Origin: Treponemataceae bacterium
GTDB taxonomy: Bacteria > Spirochaetota > Spirochaetia > Treponematales > Rectinemataceae
Assembly (NCBI GenBank): GCA_963678065.2
Contig: CAXXVZ010000004.1
Location: 288,001 to 352,000 of the forward strand
Direction: 5' to 3'
DNA length: 64,000 nt
The first letter of the stretch is position 1. Each line of letters starts with the position of its first letter. A program made the translations under genes and the position numbers. The notes beneath the pieces were generated by a model, which ran no database searches, had not been told where the DNA came from, and was given only the letters and a program-made list of their open reading frames with translations. Shown in pieces: positions 48,628-58,545 of this stretch.

Positions 48628-49422
48628 TCATTCGACCGTGCCCAGCCAGCCGCCGTCGACGTAGTAGGTCGAGCCGACGCAGTAGCTCGCGCGCGGCGAA
48701 CACATGAACACATAGAACTCGGCCAGCTCCTCGGGGCTCGCGAAGCGGCCAATCGGGGCGTTGTCCTTCGCGATTTTGTCGAGATACTGGTCCACGGTCG
48801 TATCCGTGCCCGCGGTGAGTATGCCGGCCGTCTTCTTCCAGTCGGGCGTGAGGACGAGGCCGGGATTTATCGTGTTGACCCTGATGTTGTCGCCGATGAG
48901 TTCGTTGGCGAGGCATTTGCCGAACATGACGAGGGCTGCCTTGGTCGTGTTGTAGATGGGCTCGTAGCCGAGGGGCTGCTTCGCGCAGATCGAAGCGGTG
49001 TTGAGCACGACGCCGCCACCCCGCTTCCGCATCTGGGGAACCGCGGCCCGAGAGAAGCGCAGGGCCGCCATCACGTGGAGATCCCAATAATACTGCCATT
49101 TCTCGTCGGGCGCCTCCATGATCGTCTCGGACGATCCTGTCCCCGCATTGTTGATGAGGATGTCGAGGCCGCCCAATGCCGCCACCGTGGCGTCCACGCA
49201 TTTTTCGGCCGCGCCGGCCTTCGAGACATCGTCGCCGATACCGAGCGCCCTGACGCCGAAATCGGCCGCGATCGCCGCCGCTTCGCGCTGTGCGCGCGCG
49301 CCGTCGCGTGCGCAGATCGCGACATGTACGCCTTCTTGCGCGAGGGCGCGGGCCACGGCGAGACCGATGCCGACCGAACCGCCCGTTATGAGGGCAACCT
49401 TGCCCTTCAGTTCCATTTCCAT
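48628..49422 (-). CDS. SDR-family oxidoreductase
   Basis: TGGSVGIG, NNAG, YNTTK, NPG. Confidence 0.92.
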   Translation of the reverse strand: MEMELKGKVALITGGSVGIGLAVARALAQEGVHVAICARDGARAQREAAAIAADFGVRALGIGDDVSKAGAAEKCVDATVAALGGLDILINNAGTGSSETIMEAPDEKWQYYWDLHVMAALRFSRAAVPQMRKRGGGVVLNTASICAKQPLGYEPIYNTTKAALVMFGKCLANELIGDNIRVNTINPGLVLTPDWKKTAGILTAGTDTTVDQYLDKIAKDNAPIGRFASPEELAEFYVFMCSPRASYCVGSTYYVDGGWLGTVE

Positions 49423-49474
49423 GCTGAATCCTCCGATGATGGCGGCCGGGGGATACCTGGCCGGCCGCGGCAGC

Positions 49475-50497
49475 TTAGTCGAGCGCGATCATGACCTTCA
49501 TGACCCGGTCGCCCGCTCTTTCTATGAAATGATAGGCCGCAAGATAATCCTCGAAGCGGAAACTGTTCGTGACAAGCTTGTCCAGGAACATCCGGCCCGA
49601 TGCGGCAAGACCGACCGCGGTCTCGTAATCTTCCTTCCGGTACATGAGGGTGCCCACGAGAGAAATTTCCCTGTCCTGGACGAGGCCGAGATCGACGACC
49701 GGCTTCTTGCCGAAAACGCCGACGACGACGATAGTGCCGCCCTTGCGAGAAGCCTCGACGGCCTGGCTCATCGTGGCTTCGGCCCCGACGCACTCCAGGA
49801 TGAGGTCGGCCTTGTCGGGCCCGAAATGCCTCGCGATCGCGGAGGCGAGGCTCTCCTCGCCTGAGTTCACGACGTGGTCGACGCCGCATTCCTTGGCCAG
49901 GTCGAGCCGGAACGCGCTCTTGTCCATCACGAGGGTCTCGGTTGCGCCCTGGGCCCTGGCCGCCTGCGCGACGAGGTTGCCGATGGGACCCGCTCCGACG
50001 ATGGCGACCTTGCGCCCCGCGGCTCCCCCACCCCGCTTGAGCGCGTGGGCCGCCACCGCCAGCGGCTCGATCATGGCGCCGGCCTCCGGAGAGAGGGAGG
50101 GTGGAAGCATGATCAGCTTCTCCGCGTCGACGGCAAAAAAATCCTGTGCGGCTCCGGGCGCCTGGAAACCCATAACCTTGAGGGAATCGCAGATGTGGTA
50201 CATGCCGTTGCGGCAGGGGAAACATTTCCCGCAGACGATCTGAGGCATGAAGGTCGCGGCTGCCCCGATCGGGATGCCGCTCACGCCCGGGCCGAGAGCC
50301 TGGACGATTCCGGACACTTCGTGGCCCTGGACGACAGGATAGGATGTGTAGGGATGAAGGCCGTGGTAGACATGGATGTCGGAACCGCATACGCCTATCC
50401 GCCTGACCCGCAGAAGCACTTCACCCGCGCCGGGGACGGGCGCGGGAACTTCGCGCAGCTCAATCGCGCCGGGATTTGTCATCGTCGCCTGTCTCAT
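49475..50497 (-). CDS. Zinc-dependent polyol dehydrogenase (sorbitol/iditol DH-like)
   Basis: GVCGSD, GHE, CGKCFPC...C, IEP, GAGPIG. Confidence 0.88.
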   Translation of the reverse strand: MRQATMTNPGAIELREVPAPVPGAGEVLLRVRRIGVCGSDIHVYHGLHPYTSYPVVQGHEVSGIVQALGPGVSGIPIGAAATFMPQIVCGKCFPCRNGMYHICDSLKVMGFQAPGAAQDFFAVDAEKLIMLPPSLSPEAGAMIEPLAVAAHALKRGGGAAGRKVAIVGAGPIGNLVAQAARAQGATETLVMDKSAFRLDLAKECGVDHVVNSGEESLASAIARHFGPDKADLILECVGAEATMSQAVEASRKGGTIVVVGVFGKKPVVDLGLVQDREISLVGTLMYRKEDYETAVGLAASGRMFLDKLVTNSFRFEDYLAAYHFIERAGDRVMKVMIALD

Positions 50498-51003
50498 CGC
50501 GCGCCTCCCTTCAATTCGATGGCCCCGGACACGATATCGGCGTTTTCAGCCAGGTCGCAGAAATCGAGATCGTCGTCTCCGGTTCCGGCCCTGAAAATGA
50601 CGAGGAAGCGGGTCGCCGACTCCCTTGAGGGAAACGGAATCCAGTGCCAGGCACCCCTGTCCAGAATGACGCCCTGTCCCTCGCGGACGAGAATCGCCCT
50701 CATACCCGCAAGCTTTCCGTCGCGGACTTCCTGCGCCGGAGCCATGCAGATGATCGAATCGCCCTTCACCGCCGAAAGGATTTCGGGGGTCTTCAGGTGT
50801 CGCTCCAGCCTCTTCAGGGTCATCGGCCGCGCGCCGCATTCAAGACGCCCCGCGCACAAGGAGGCTGGCATCCCCAGTTCGGGAGAGACTATCCCGAAAG
50901 AGAACTCGTCCCCGGCCTGGAGGCCCTTTCCCGCCGACGGCGTCAGAAGACGGCCCACACCCTCGATCGCGGCCTCGCTCAGTTCAGTCGCTTCAAGTTT
51001 CAT
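50494..51003 (-). CDS. Ureidoglycolate lyase-like cupin protein
   Basis: LERHLKTPE, GQGVILDRGAWHWIPFP; start at 51003 or 51012. Confidence 0.75.
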   Translation of the reverse strand: MKLEATELSEAAIEGVGRLLTPSAGKGLQAGDEFSFGIVSPELGMPASLCAGRLECGARPMTLKRLERHLKTPEILSAVKGDSIICMAPAQEVRDGKLAGMRAILVREGQGVILDRGAWHWIPFPSRESATRFLVIFRAGTGDDDLDFCDLAENADIVSGAIELKGGAR

Positions 51004-51042
51004 CCTGTCCATCCTGCCTTTGCCGGTCTGTCTGTGCGCCGG

Positions 51043-51984
51043 CTATTTGATGATGGCGAGTTTCTTGCGGTCGAAAGTCACCGCGACCGCGATGATGATG
51101 AGGACTCCGAGAAAAACCTGCTGGGCATACACGTCGATTCCGATCACCGTCATTCCGTTGTTGAGGATGCCCATGATGAGGCTGCCGATGAGGGTGTTCA
51201 GAACTCCGCCGGCCCCGCCCGTCATCGCGGTTCCTCCCACGACGACGACGGCGATCGAGTTGAGCACGTACACGCCGCCGATCGTCGGATAGCCCGAAAA
51301 CAGGGTGGAGGAGAGTATCACCCCCGCGATCGCGGCGCCGAAACCTGAGAATGCGAAGGCGAAGATCCTCGTCCTGTCGATAGGCAGGCCGGAAAGAAAG
51401 GACATTCTCTCGTTGGCGCCTATATACATGATATTGCGGCCGAGGGTCGTGTACCGCTGCACAACGTAATATCCGCCGAAAATCGCCAGACCGACGATCC
51501 ACACATTTTTTACGGGACCGATCTGTCCGTTGACGATGTCGAGAATCGCATAACCATTGTCGGGGACGGAGAGCGGAGCCGCCGACAAAAGGTAGGCGAC
51601 GCTGAGGAGTATGCCCTGGGTGCCGAGGGTCGCGATGAAAGACGGGATGCGCAGTTTGGACACGATGATTCCGTTCACGATTCCCGCGGCTATTCCGATG
51701 AGGAGGACAAGCGGCATGGCCCAGATTCCCAGATCCTTCAGGGTGAGCATGAGAACGACGGAGACGAGGGACATGATGCTGCCGACGGAGAGGTCGATCC
51801 CGCCGGTCAGAATGACGCAGGCCTGACCGAGCCCGACGGCGAGCAGGATAGCCGAGGCGTTCAGGATGGTCTGCATGTTGTACGCGGAGAGGAAGCTCTT
51901 GTCTCCCAGGGTGAAAAAAGTCACCAGGCCGATGAAAAGCAGTCCGGAAATGTACAATGGTTTGATAGTGCGCGTTTTTTTCAC
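51043..51984 (-). CDS. Sugar ABC transporter permease
   Basis: GGIDLSVG, IPSFIATLG, VVVGGTAMTGGAG. Confidence 0.92.
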   Translation of the reverse strand: MKKTRTIKPLYISGLLFIGLVTFFTLGDKSFLSAYNMQTILNASAILLAVGLGQACVILTGGIDLSVGSIMSLVSVVLMLTLKDLGIWAMPLVLLIGIAAGIVNGIIVSKLRIPSFIATLGTQGILLSVAYLLSAAPLSVPDNGYAILDIVNGQIGPVKNVWIVGLAIFGGYYVVQRYTTLGRNIMYIGANERMSFLSGLPIDRTRIFAFAFSGFGAAIAGVILSSTLFSGYPTIGGVYVLNSIAVVVVGGTAMTGGAGGVLNTLIGSLIMGILNNGMTVIGIDVYAQQVFLGVLIIIAVAVTFDRKKLAIIK

Positions 51985-52000
51985 GGTGGCCCTTCCTTGC

Positions 52001-53521
52001 CTAGACGATGTAGTCGATGATTTCGACTGCCGCGGGCTTGCGGCCTTTGGCGCAGGGGACCTCGCGCGTGATCCTGCCGTCCTTCATGACGATCATGCGG
52101 TTGCACAGGCCGATATCTTCCTCGAGAGTGTCGCACATGACGAGGATGCTCATGCCGGCGGCAGCCAGATCCCTGATGCGGCGGTAGATTTCGTCCTTGG
52201 CACCGACATCGATGCCCCGCGTCGGATGATCGAGAATGAGGATTCCTGCCTCCGCCGCGAGCCATTTCGCTATGACCACCTTCTGCTGATTGCCTCCCGA
52301 AAGAGTCCCGCAGGCAGTGGTGAGCGATGGCGTCTTTATCATGCATTCCCTGACCCAGCGCCGTGCGTTTTCCTTCTCGATACGCGGACTCAGAAGGAGA
52401 CCCTTGCGCATCTTTCCCAACACGAGAAGGTTGATGTTGTCCATCACGTCGAGGTTCGTGGCGAGGCCGTCGTTGCGCCGGTCGATCGGCACGCAGCCGA
52501 TCCCGGCCCTGATCGCGTCTCTCGGAGAGGCGAAAGCGGCGGGAGTTCCGAGCACCTCGATTTTCCCCGCTTCGGGCCTGAGCGATCCGCCGAGGCATCC
52601 GCAGACTTCTTCCTTTCCTGAACCGAGAAGACCGACGAGGCTCACGATCTCGCCCCTTCTGAGTTTCAGCGAAAAATCCTCGAACCGCCCCGGGATGCCC
52701 AGTCCCTCCACATTCAGGACGACTTCGTTCCCCGCCTCGGTCTGCATCGACTCCCGGTAGTGTTCCTCGGCCAGCTCGTGACCCACCATCAGCTTCTCGA
52801 TCTCATGCACGCAGGCCACGCCCCTCGGCATCTCGGCCATGAAATCGCCGTCCTTCAGAACGACGACCCGGTCGGAGAGCATCACGACTTCTTCCAGGCG
52901 GTGCGAAATGAAGATGATGGTCGCGCGCTTCTTCAGCTCGCCCAGTATGCCGAAAAGTATCTTGACCTCGTTCTCCTGGAGCACCGTCGTCGGCTCATCC
53001 AGGATGAGTACGGGATTCTCCACCCCGTGGAACTCCGAAAGCCACAGAAGGCGGGCTATTTCGATCATCTGCTTTTCGGCCGCGGAGAGCCCTCCGGTGA
53101 TCCTGCGCGGATCGAGGGATCCCAGGCCGACGTGGCCGAGCTGCACCCTGGCAGCCTCGTTCATTTTTCGTGTCGAGATGAAGCCGGCGCGCATGAAGGT
53201 CTTCTCGTTTCCAAGGAAGAGGTTGTCCATCACCGACAGATTGGGGATCATGCAACCTTCCTGGAAGACCATGCCTATTCCCTTGCGGATGGCGTCGGAA
53301 GGCCCGGCCAGCCTGGCCGGCTCGCCCCGGAGCCATATTTCGCCCGAGTCAGGTTCCTGCAGCCCGATCAGTATTTTCATGAGAGTGGATTTTCCCGCGC
53401 CGTTCTCGCCGACGAGGCCGAGAATCTCGTTGCGGTTCACCGTGATGTCGACGCCCTTGAGGGCGGACACGCCGGGAAAGGATTTCTTTATGCCCTTGAG
53501 CAGCAGTATCGTATCGCTCAT
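52001..53521 (-). CDS. Sugar ABC transporter ATP-binding protein
   Basis: GENGAGKST, LDEPT, LSGGNQQKV. Confidence 0.93.
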   Translation of the reverse strand: MSDTILLLKGIKKSFPGVSALKGVDITVNRNEILGLVGENGAGKSTLMKILIGLQEPDSGEIWLRGEPARLAGPSDAIRKGIGMVFQEGCMIPNLSVMDNLFLGNEKTFMRAGFISTRKMNEAARVQLGHVGLGSLDPRRITGGLSAAEKQMIEIARLLWLSEFHGVENPVLILDEPTTVLQENEVKILFGILGELKKRATIIFISHRLEEVVMLSDRVVVLKDGDFMAEMPRGVACVHEIEKLMVGHELAEEHYRESMQTEAGNEVVLNVEGLGIPGRFEDFSLKLRRGEIVSLVGLLGSGKEEVCGCLGGSLRPEAGKIEVLGTPAAFASPRDAIRAGIGCVPIDRRNDGLATNLDVMDNINLLVLGKMRKGLLLSPRIEKENARRWVRECMIKTPSLTTACGTLSGGNQQKVVIAKWLAAEAGILILDHPTRGIDVGAKDEIYRRIRDLAAAGMSILVMCDTLEEDIGLCNRMIVMKDGRITREVPCAKGRKPAAVEIIDYIV

Positions 53522-53585
53522 CGCGCTTTCCTCCGCATCCCTGTCCGGGTCCCGGAACACCGAAGCATCCCGGCGCCCGGACTTT

Positions 53586-54602
53586 TCACTTTATGATCCC
53601 GATCTTCTTGCGGTCGATCGTGAGGGCCACCGCGACGATGAGGACGATTCCGTTCACCGCGTTCTGGATGTAGGGGCTTATTTTCATGAGCACCATACCG
53701 TTGTTGAGCACCGTTACGATGAGGGTGCCGAAGACGGCGTTGAGCGCGCCGCCCACGCCGCCCGAGAGGGAAACGCCGCCGACAGCGACCGCAGTCATGG
53801 CCGGGAACATCAGATCCTTGCCGGCGCGAGGGTTCGAGCTGGCCAGACGCGAGATGAGGAGGACGGCAGCCAGCGCGTACATGCATCCCGTGATGACGAA
53901 GACGATGATCTTGACCCTGTCGACCTTGATCCCGGCCTGCCTGGCGAGGGCTTCGTCGCCGCCGATCGCGTACATGTATTTCCCGAGCCGCGTCCGTTTC
54001 TGGACGATGAAAAGAACGGCGAACAGCGCGAGGGCGATCACGATGGTCACGGGAAGCCCGAGTATGTCTCCGTTCGTGATGTTCTGGAATCTTTGATCGA
54101 GCATCTTCACCGCGTTCCCTTTTCCGAGGATGACGGCGATGCCCTGCGCGACCCACCACATGCCCAGGGTCGCGATGAAGGATGGCATTTTTACCTTGGT
54201 ATTTATGATTCCGTTTATGAATCCGAAGGTGCCGCCGATGAGGAGCGCGACCGGAATGACCCAGAATCCGATGTTGTAGCGCGTGAAGGGATTCTTGATG
54301 AGGAATCCCGAGGCGACGGCGCAGAGGGAGATGATGCCCTCGGTGGAAAGGTCCATGGCGCCTATGAGGACAATCTGATGGATGCCGAGACAGATGATCA
54401 TGGGGATGCCGGCCAGGCTGAAGATCGTCATGATGTTTTTCACGGAGAGGGATACCCCTCCGGTTCCGGCCGCGAATATGGCCGCGACGATGGAAAGGGC
54501 GACTATCTGTCCGTATACGCCCTTCGAGATGAAAGCGAGGACGCCTTTCGCGATGTCCTGCGCTGATGACCGCGACCTTTTTTCCGCAAGGGGTGCATTC
54601 AT
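53586..54602 (-). CDS. Sugar ABC transporter permease
   Basis: GAMDLS, MPSFIATLG, YAIGG, VGGVSLSGGVG. Confidence 0.92.
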   Translation of the reverse strand: MNAPLAEKRSRSSAQDIAKGVLAFISKGVYGQIVALSIVAAIFAAGTGGVSLSVKNIMTIFSLAGIPMIICLGIHQIVLIGAMDLSTEGIISLCAVASGFLIKNPFTRYNIGFWVIPVALLIGGTFGFINGIINTKVKMPSFIATLGMWWVAQGIAVILGKGNAVKMLDQRFQNITNGDILGLPVTIVIALALFAVLFIVQKRTRLGKYMYAIGGDEALARQAGIKVDRVKIIVFVITGCMYALAAVLLISRLASSNPRAGKDLMFPAMTAVAVGGVSLSGGVGGALNAVFGTLIVTVLNNGMVLMKISPYIQNAVNGIVLIVAVALTIDRKKIGIIK

Positions 54603-54727
54603 GAGCTTCGGTCTCCGTACCTGGGATGGAAAGCCTGAACGTGAACCGGATCCCTCCCGCCTTGGTATTCCGCTTCAGGGCGAGCCCCGGGGCGCGCACA
54701 AGGGCGGGGGAATCCGGCTCCGGAACG

Positions 54728-55762
54728 TTATTTCATCGGGCGGACATAGAAAGCGTAGAGATCGTTCCAGTCATACTTGGGTGTTCCCTTGACATAGTCG
54801 GCGATGATCTTGTCGATGTTGGCCTGGCTGACTTCGACGGCGCGCGCGAAATAGGCGCGCTTGTCGGCGGGGGTCTTCTTGAGGTCGATCCTGCCTTCCT
54901 TGGCGGCGAGGGCGAGGGCGAGTCCGATTCCGCCCTGCCAGAAGGAGTCGTTGAGCACGGTCGCGGCGGCTTCTCCGGCCTTCACGGCATCGAGCATCTC
55001 GCTGATGCCGTCGCAGCCGACCACGAGCACTTTCTTGGCGAGTCCGGCGGCGCGGATGGCCTCGAGGGCGCCAAGGGCCATGTTGTCGTTCGCTGCCCAC
55101 ACGCCGCCCACATCGGGGTTGGCGACGAGGAAGCTCTTCATCTTCTCGAAGGCTTTGGTGCGATCCCACTCGGCGGTGTCGACTGCGGCGAGTTTGATCC
55201 CGGGCGCCTTGGCGAGGGAGTTTTGGAGGCCCTGATAGCGGTCGACCGCGACGGAGTTGGCGAGCATGCCCTGGAGGGCGACGATCTTCCCCTTCCCGCC
55301 CATGGTCTTGAACAGGGTATCGGCCATGAATTCGCCGGCACTGATGCCGTCAAACGCGATGTGGGCCACCCAGTGGGGATAATCCGTAACCTTGACATTG
55401 TCGGGCTTGTTCCACCACGTCACATAATACACGCCGGCCGCTTCGAGCGCTCTGGCGATGGGAATGACGTTCGGCGATTCGTTGGGGTCGATGCAGAACA
55501 CGGCGTCCTTGCCGGCCTTCGCGACGAGGGCCTTGATGTCGTTGAGCTGCTTCTCGCTCGATCCTTCGCAGGTCTGGATGACCGTCAGTCCGCCGACGGT
55601 GTCGGCGAAGGCCTGCGCGCCGCGGGCCCACACGGCATGGTAGGGATTCTCGAGCGAGCGGATCGCGGTGCCCATGAAGACGCCGCTGGCTTTCTGCGCA
55701 AAAGCCCCTGCTACGGTGACAGCCATCAACACGGCCATCGCCACGACGAAAGATTTCCTCAT
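54728..55762 (-). CDS. Sugar ABC transporter substrate-binding protein
   Basis: Signal peptide ending AFAQ; RSLENPY, WAANDNMALGA, GCDG. Confidence 0.9.
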   Translation of the reverse strand: MRKSFVVAMAVLMAVTVAGAFAQKASGVFMGTAIRSLENPYHAVWARGAQAFADTVGGLTVIQTCEGSSEKQLNDIKALVAKAGKDAVFCIDPNESPNVIPIARALEAAGVYYVTWWNKPDNVKVTDYPHWVAHIAFDGISAGEFMADTLFKTMGGKGKIVALQGMLANSVAVDRYQGLQNSLAKAPGIKLAAVDTAEWDRTKAFEKMKSFLVANPDVGGVWAANDNMALGALEAIRAAGLAKKVLVVGCDGISEMLDAVKAGEAAATVLNDSFWQGGIGLALALAAKEGRIDLKKTPADKRAYFARAVEVSQANIDKIIADYVKGTPKYDWNDLYAFYVRPMK

Positions 55763-55939
55763 CCTGATGCCTCCTGAAAAGATGTCGGCCCGCTGTAGAT
55801 TTATGCTGGCCTCGTACAGGATACCACCTTTCCCCAATCTGTCAACTATGTTTTACAACATTATTATCAAACTTAGTTTCAAGAACTGGCATGAAAAATC
55901 CCCCGGCGATTCCGGAACGGATATCGCCGCAGGGAGGCT

Positions 55940-57178
55940 TCAGAAAAACACGTGGCGGTTAAAATAATCCTCGATGACAAAAGCAGCCCCGCCGATGACG
56001 CCGCGCTCTTCGCCCATGATGGAGTACTCTATTCTGACCTTCTTCTCGACGTCGGGAAGGCCGATATGCCGGATGCCCTCCCGGATTCTGTCGAGGAAAT
56101 AAGTGCCGGCCTTGACGTACACACCCTGCAGCACGATGAGCTCAGGATCGTTCACCATTATCACGTTGCCGAGGCCGATGAGGAACCAGCGGGCGACATC
56201 GTCGATGAGGCTCCTGCACAGACTGTCGCCGGCCGCGGCGCCCTCGCAGACATCTTCGAGCCTGATTTCCGCGTCGGCTTTTCCGGCAAAAAGGGAGGAA
56301 TCGGGATACCGGGGCCGGGCTTCCCTCGCGAGGCCGAGGATTCGCCGCGCCGAAACCATGGCCTCGAAACAGCCTTTATGTCCGCAGATGCAGGGAAATC
56401 CCTCGTATGGGTCGAGCGTCATGTGGCCGAGTTCGCCGGAAATGCTCTGGATGCCCTGGATCAGTTCGCCGTGGAGGACGATGCCCGAGCCGAGTCCCTC
56501 GCTCAGCGCGTCGACGATGCAGAAGTTCTTGCAGCCTGCCGCGACGCCTTTTTGGGTTTCAGCGATCGCCTGGTAGCGGTTCGCGTTGTCGACGAAGAGG
56601 GGGGCAGAAAACGCGTCTCCGAGCCGGCGCGACAGGATTTCGGCGAAGGGAAGATCCCTTCCCCAGCCGGGATAATGGGGCGAGTAGATGGAGACTCCGC
56701 GGGTCGAATCGACGAGTCCGGGCAGGACGACGACGATGCCGACAAGGACCTGGCCAGTCGGGGCCTTCTGCGAGGTGAAGCTCCGTATCGTCTCGACCAG
56801 CTTTCCCATTATGGTGTCGATGCCGCGATCGTGGCCGATGTCGGTCTTGCGGAGCCAGGCGATATCGGCGTCGAGATCGGTCGACACCGCGATGAGAGCG
56901 TCGGGCGTGATGTGGAGGCTGATGACGTATCCATACTCTTTGTTGAAACGGTAGAGTTCGGGCTTTTTGCCGCCTTCGTCCGTCGAGTCGCCCTTCCCGG
57001 CGGAGCGGATCAGGTCCATGGAGAGCAGGCTGTCGAATATTTTCTTGACTGTCGTCTTGCTGAGTTTGATGTCGCGGGAAATCTCGGCGACGGACAGGTC
57101 CCTGCCGCGGCGAAGTATCTCGAGGACTGCCCGCGTGTTGTTCTGCTTGAGGTTTTTCGGTTTTCCGCCGGATTTCAT
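55940..57178 (-). CDS. ROK-family transcriptional regulator
   Basis: N-terminal HTH (LSKTTVKK, GGKKP); GELGH, CICGHKGCFE. Confidence 0.9.
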   Translation of the reverse strand: MKSGGKPKNLKQNNTRAVLEILRRGRDLSVAEISRDIKLSKTTVKKIFDSLLSMDLIRSAGKGDSTDEGGKKPELYRFNKEYGYVISLHITPDALIAVSTDLDADIAWLRKTDIGHDRGIDTIMGKLVETIRSFTSQKAPTGQVLVGIVVVLPGLVDSTRGVSIYSPHYPGWGRDLPFAEILSRRLGDAFSAPLFVDNANRYQAIAETQKGVAAGCKNFCIVDALSEGLGSGIVLHGELIQGIQSISGELGHMTLDPYEGFPCICGHKGCFEAMVSARRILGLAREARPRYPDSSLFAGKADAEIRLEDVCEGAAAGDSLCRSLIDDVARWFLIGLGNVIMVNDPELIVLQGVYVKAGTYFLDRIREGIRHIGLPDVEKKVRIEYSIMGEERGVIGGAAFVIEDYFNRHVFF

Positions 57179-57309
57179 CGGTTTTCTCCTCGGGTTGGCG
57201 CCAAGTCTGCGGCCTGGCGCCAACCGGGAGTATGGCCGATGAACACAAAACCGTCAATGGTTATCTAACTTTATTTTCTAACCTTGGCATTTTCGCGATA
57301 GCATGGAGC

Positions 57310-58545
57310 CTAGGCTTTCCGGGCCTCGAAAAGTTCCTTGTAGTACCCGTCGTAGAGGGAGCAGCCGACATGCTTCTGCTCTCCGAGGAGGATGCCGCAG
57401 CCTGCGCAGGTCGTGCACCAGTCGATCTCGTCGGTCTTCCCGGAAAGAACCTTTTTCGGAAAATCCGCGTCTGCGATGGCCTGTCGCCCGAGCCCGACGA
57501 GGTCGACGGCGCCCAGCTCGATGTTCCGTTCAGCCCAATACAGCATGCTTTTCCGGAGAGGATCGGGGCCGGCGCCGGCAAGTCCGTTGTGTCCGTCCCG
57601 GAGATGGCTGTAGCCCGCTCCGATCACCGGCACGCTCACCGCTCTCTTCACGGCCTGAGCCCAGCCGAAATGCCGGTAGCAGCCTTCCGCGTAGCTCTTG
57701 CTCGGCAGAAGGATCTCGAGATTTCCGGCGGCGCTGCCCGCAGAGACGCTGATGACGCCGCATCCCAGCTTCTGTGCCAGCCTCACGAAGCGCAGCGGCT
57801 CGTCGATATTTTCGATGACTCCCTCCGGGCTCTCCGATCCGAAACCGCCGGCCAGTCCCTCGTAGGCGGAAAAACGGACTCCGAGTATGAAGTCCCGGCC
57901 GGCGAGAGCGGCCTTGGCACCTTCCATGATCTCGGCGAAAAAGCGCGTCCTGTTCTCGAAGCCCCCGCCATACATCCCGGGCCGCGTATTCGCGGGCTGA
58001 ATGAATTCGTTGCAGAGGAATCCGTGGGCGAACTTGAGCTCGGCGCCGTCGAAGCCCACATCGGCGGCCGTGACGATGCTCCGGATGAAATTGTCCCGTA
58101 TCGACGCGATTTCACCGTCGGAGAGTATCCGGGCGGCGCCGGGGCGGGCGTAGACGGAGAGGGGGCTCGCGAAGCGCGGGTCCGCGAGAGATCCGGCGTG
58201 GTCGAGCTGCATCATGAAGAGGACATCGGGATTGGCCGCGTGGACCTCGCGGGCGAGGGTCCGGAAGCCTTCGATCCCCTTGTCGGTGAGCGTGAGCTGG
58301 TTCACGCGCGCCCGGGCCCCGGGAGCTATCGCGACCGCCTCGGTGTAGATCATGCCCGCCCCACCTTGCGCGTGCTTCCGGTAGCGCCGGACGGTCCGCG
58401 AACTCGGCGCCCCATCCGGAGCGGCATCGTTGCCCTCGGTCGGAAGCACGACGAAACGGTTTCCGACTGTCTTTCCTCCCACAGCGATAGTCCGGGAAAA
58501 AACATCGACACCCATGATCAGGTCCTTGTGGTCGGTATCGCTCAT
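57310..58545 (-). CDS. OYE-family FMN oxidoreductase with C-terminal Fe-S motif
   Basis: NRFVVLPTEGND, QLDHAG, ELKFAHGFL, YGGGFENRTRF, GLGRQAIAD, CTTCAGC...GC. Confidence 0.85.
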   Translation of the reverse strand: MSDTDHKDLIMGVDVFSRTIAVGGKTVGNRFVVLPTEGNDAAPDGAPSSRTVRRYRKHAQGGAGMIYTEAVAIAPGARARVNQLTLTDKGIEGFRTLAREVHAANPDVLFMMQLDHAGSLADPRFASPLSVYARPGAARILSDGEIASIRDNFIRSIVTAADVGFDGAELKFAHGFLCNEFIQPANTRPGMYGGGFENRTRFFAEIMEGAKAALAGRDFILGVRFSAYEGLAGGFGSESPEGVIENIDEPLRFVRLAQKLGCGVISVSAGSAAGNLEILLPSKSYAEGCYRHFGWAQAVKRAVSVPVIGAGYSHLRDGHNGLAGAGPDPLRKSMLYWAERNIELGAVDLVGLGRQAIADADFPKKVLSGKTDEIDWCTTCAGCGILLGEQKHVGCSLYDGYYKELFEARKA

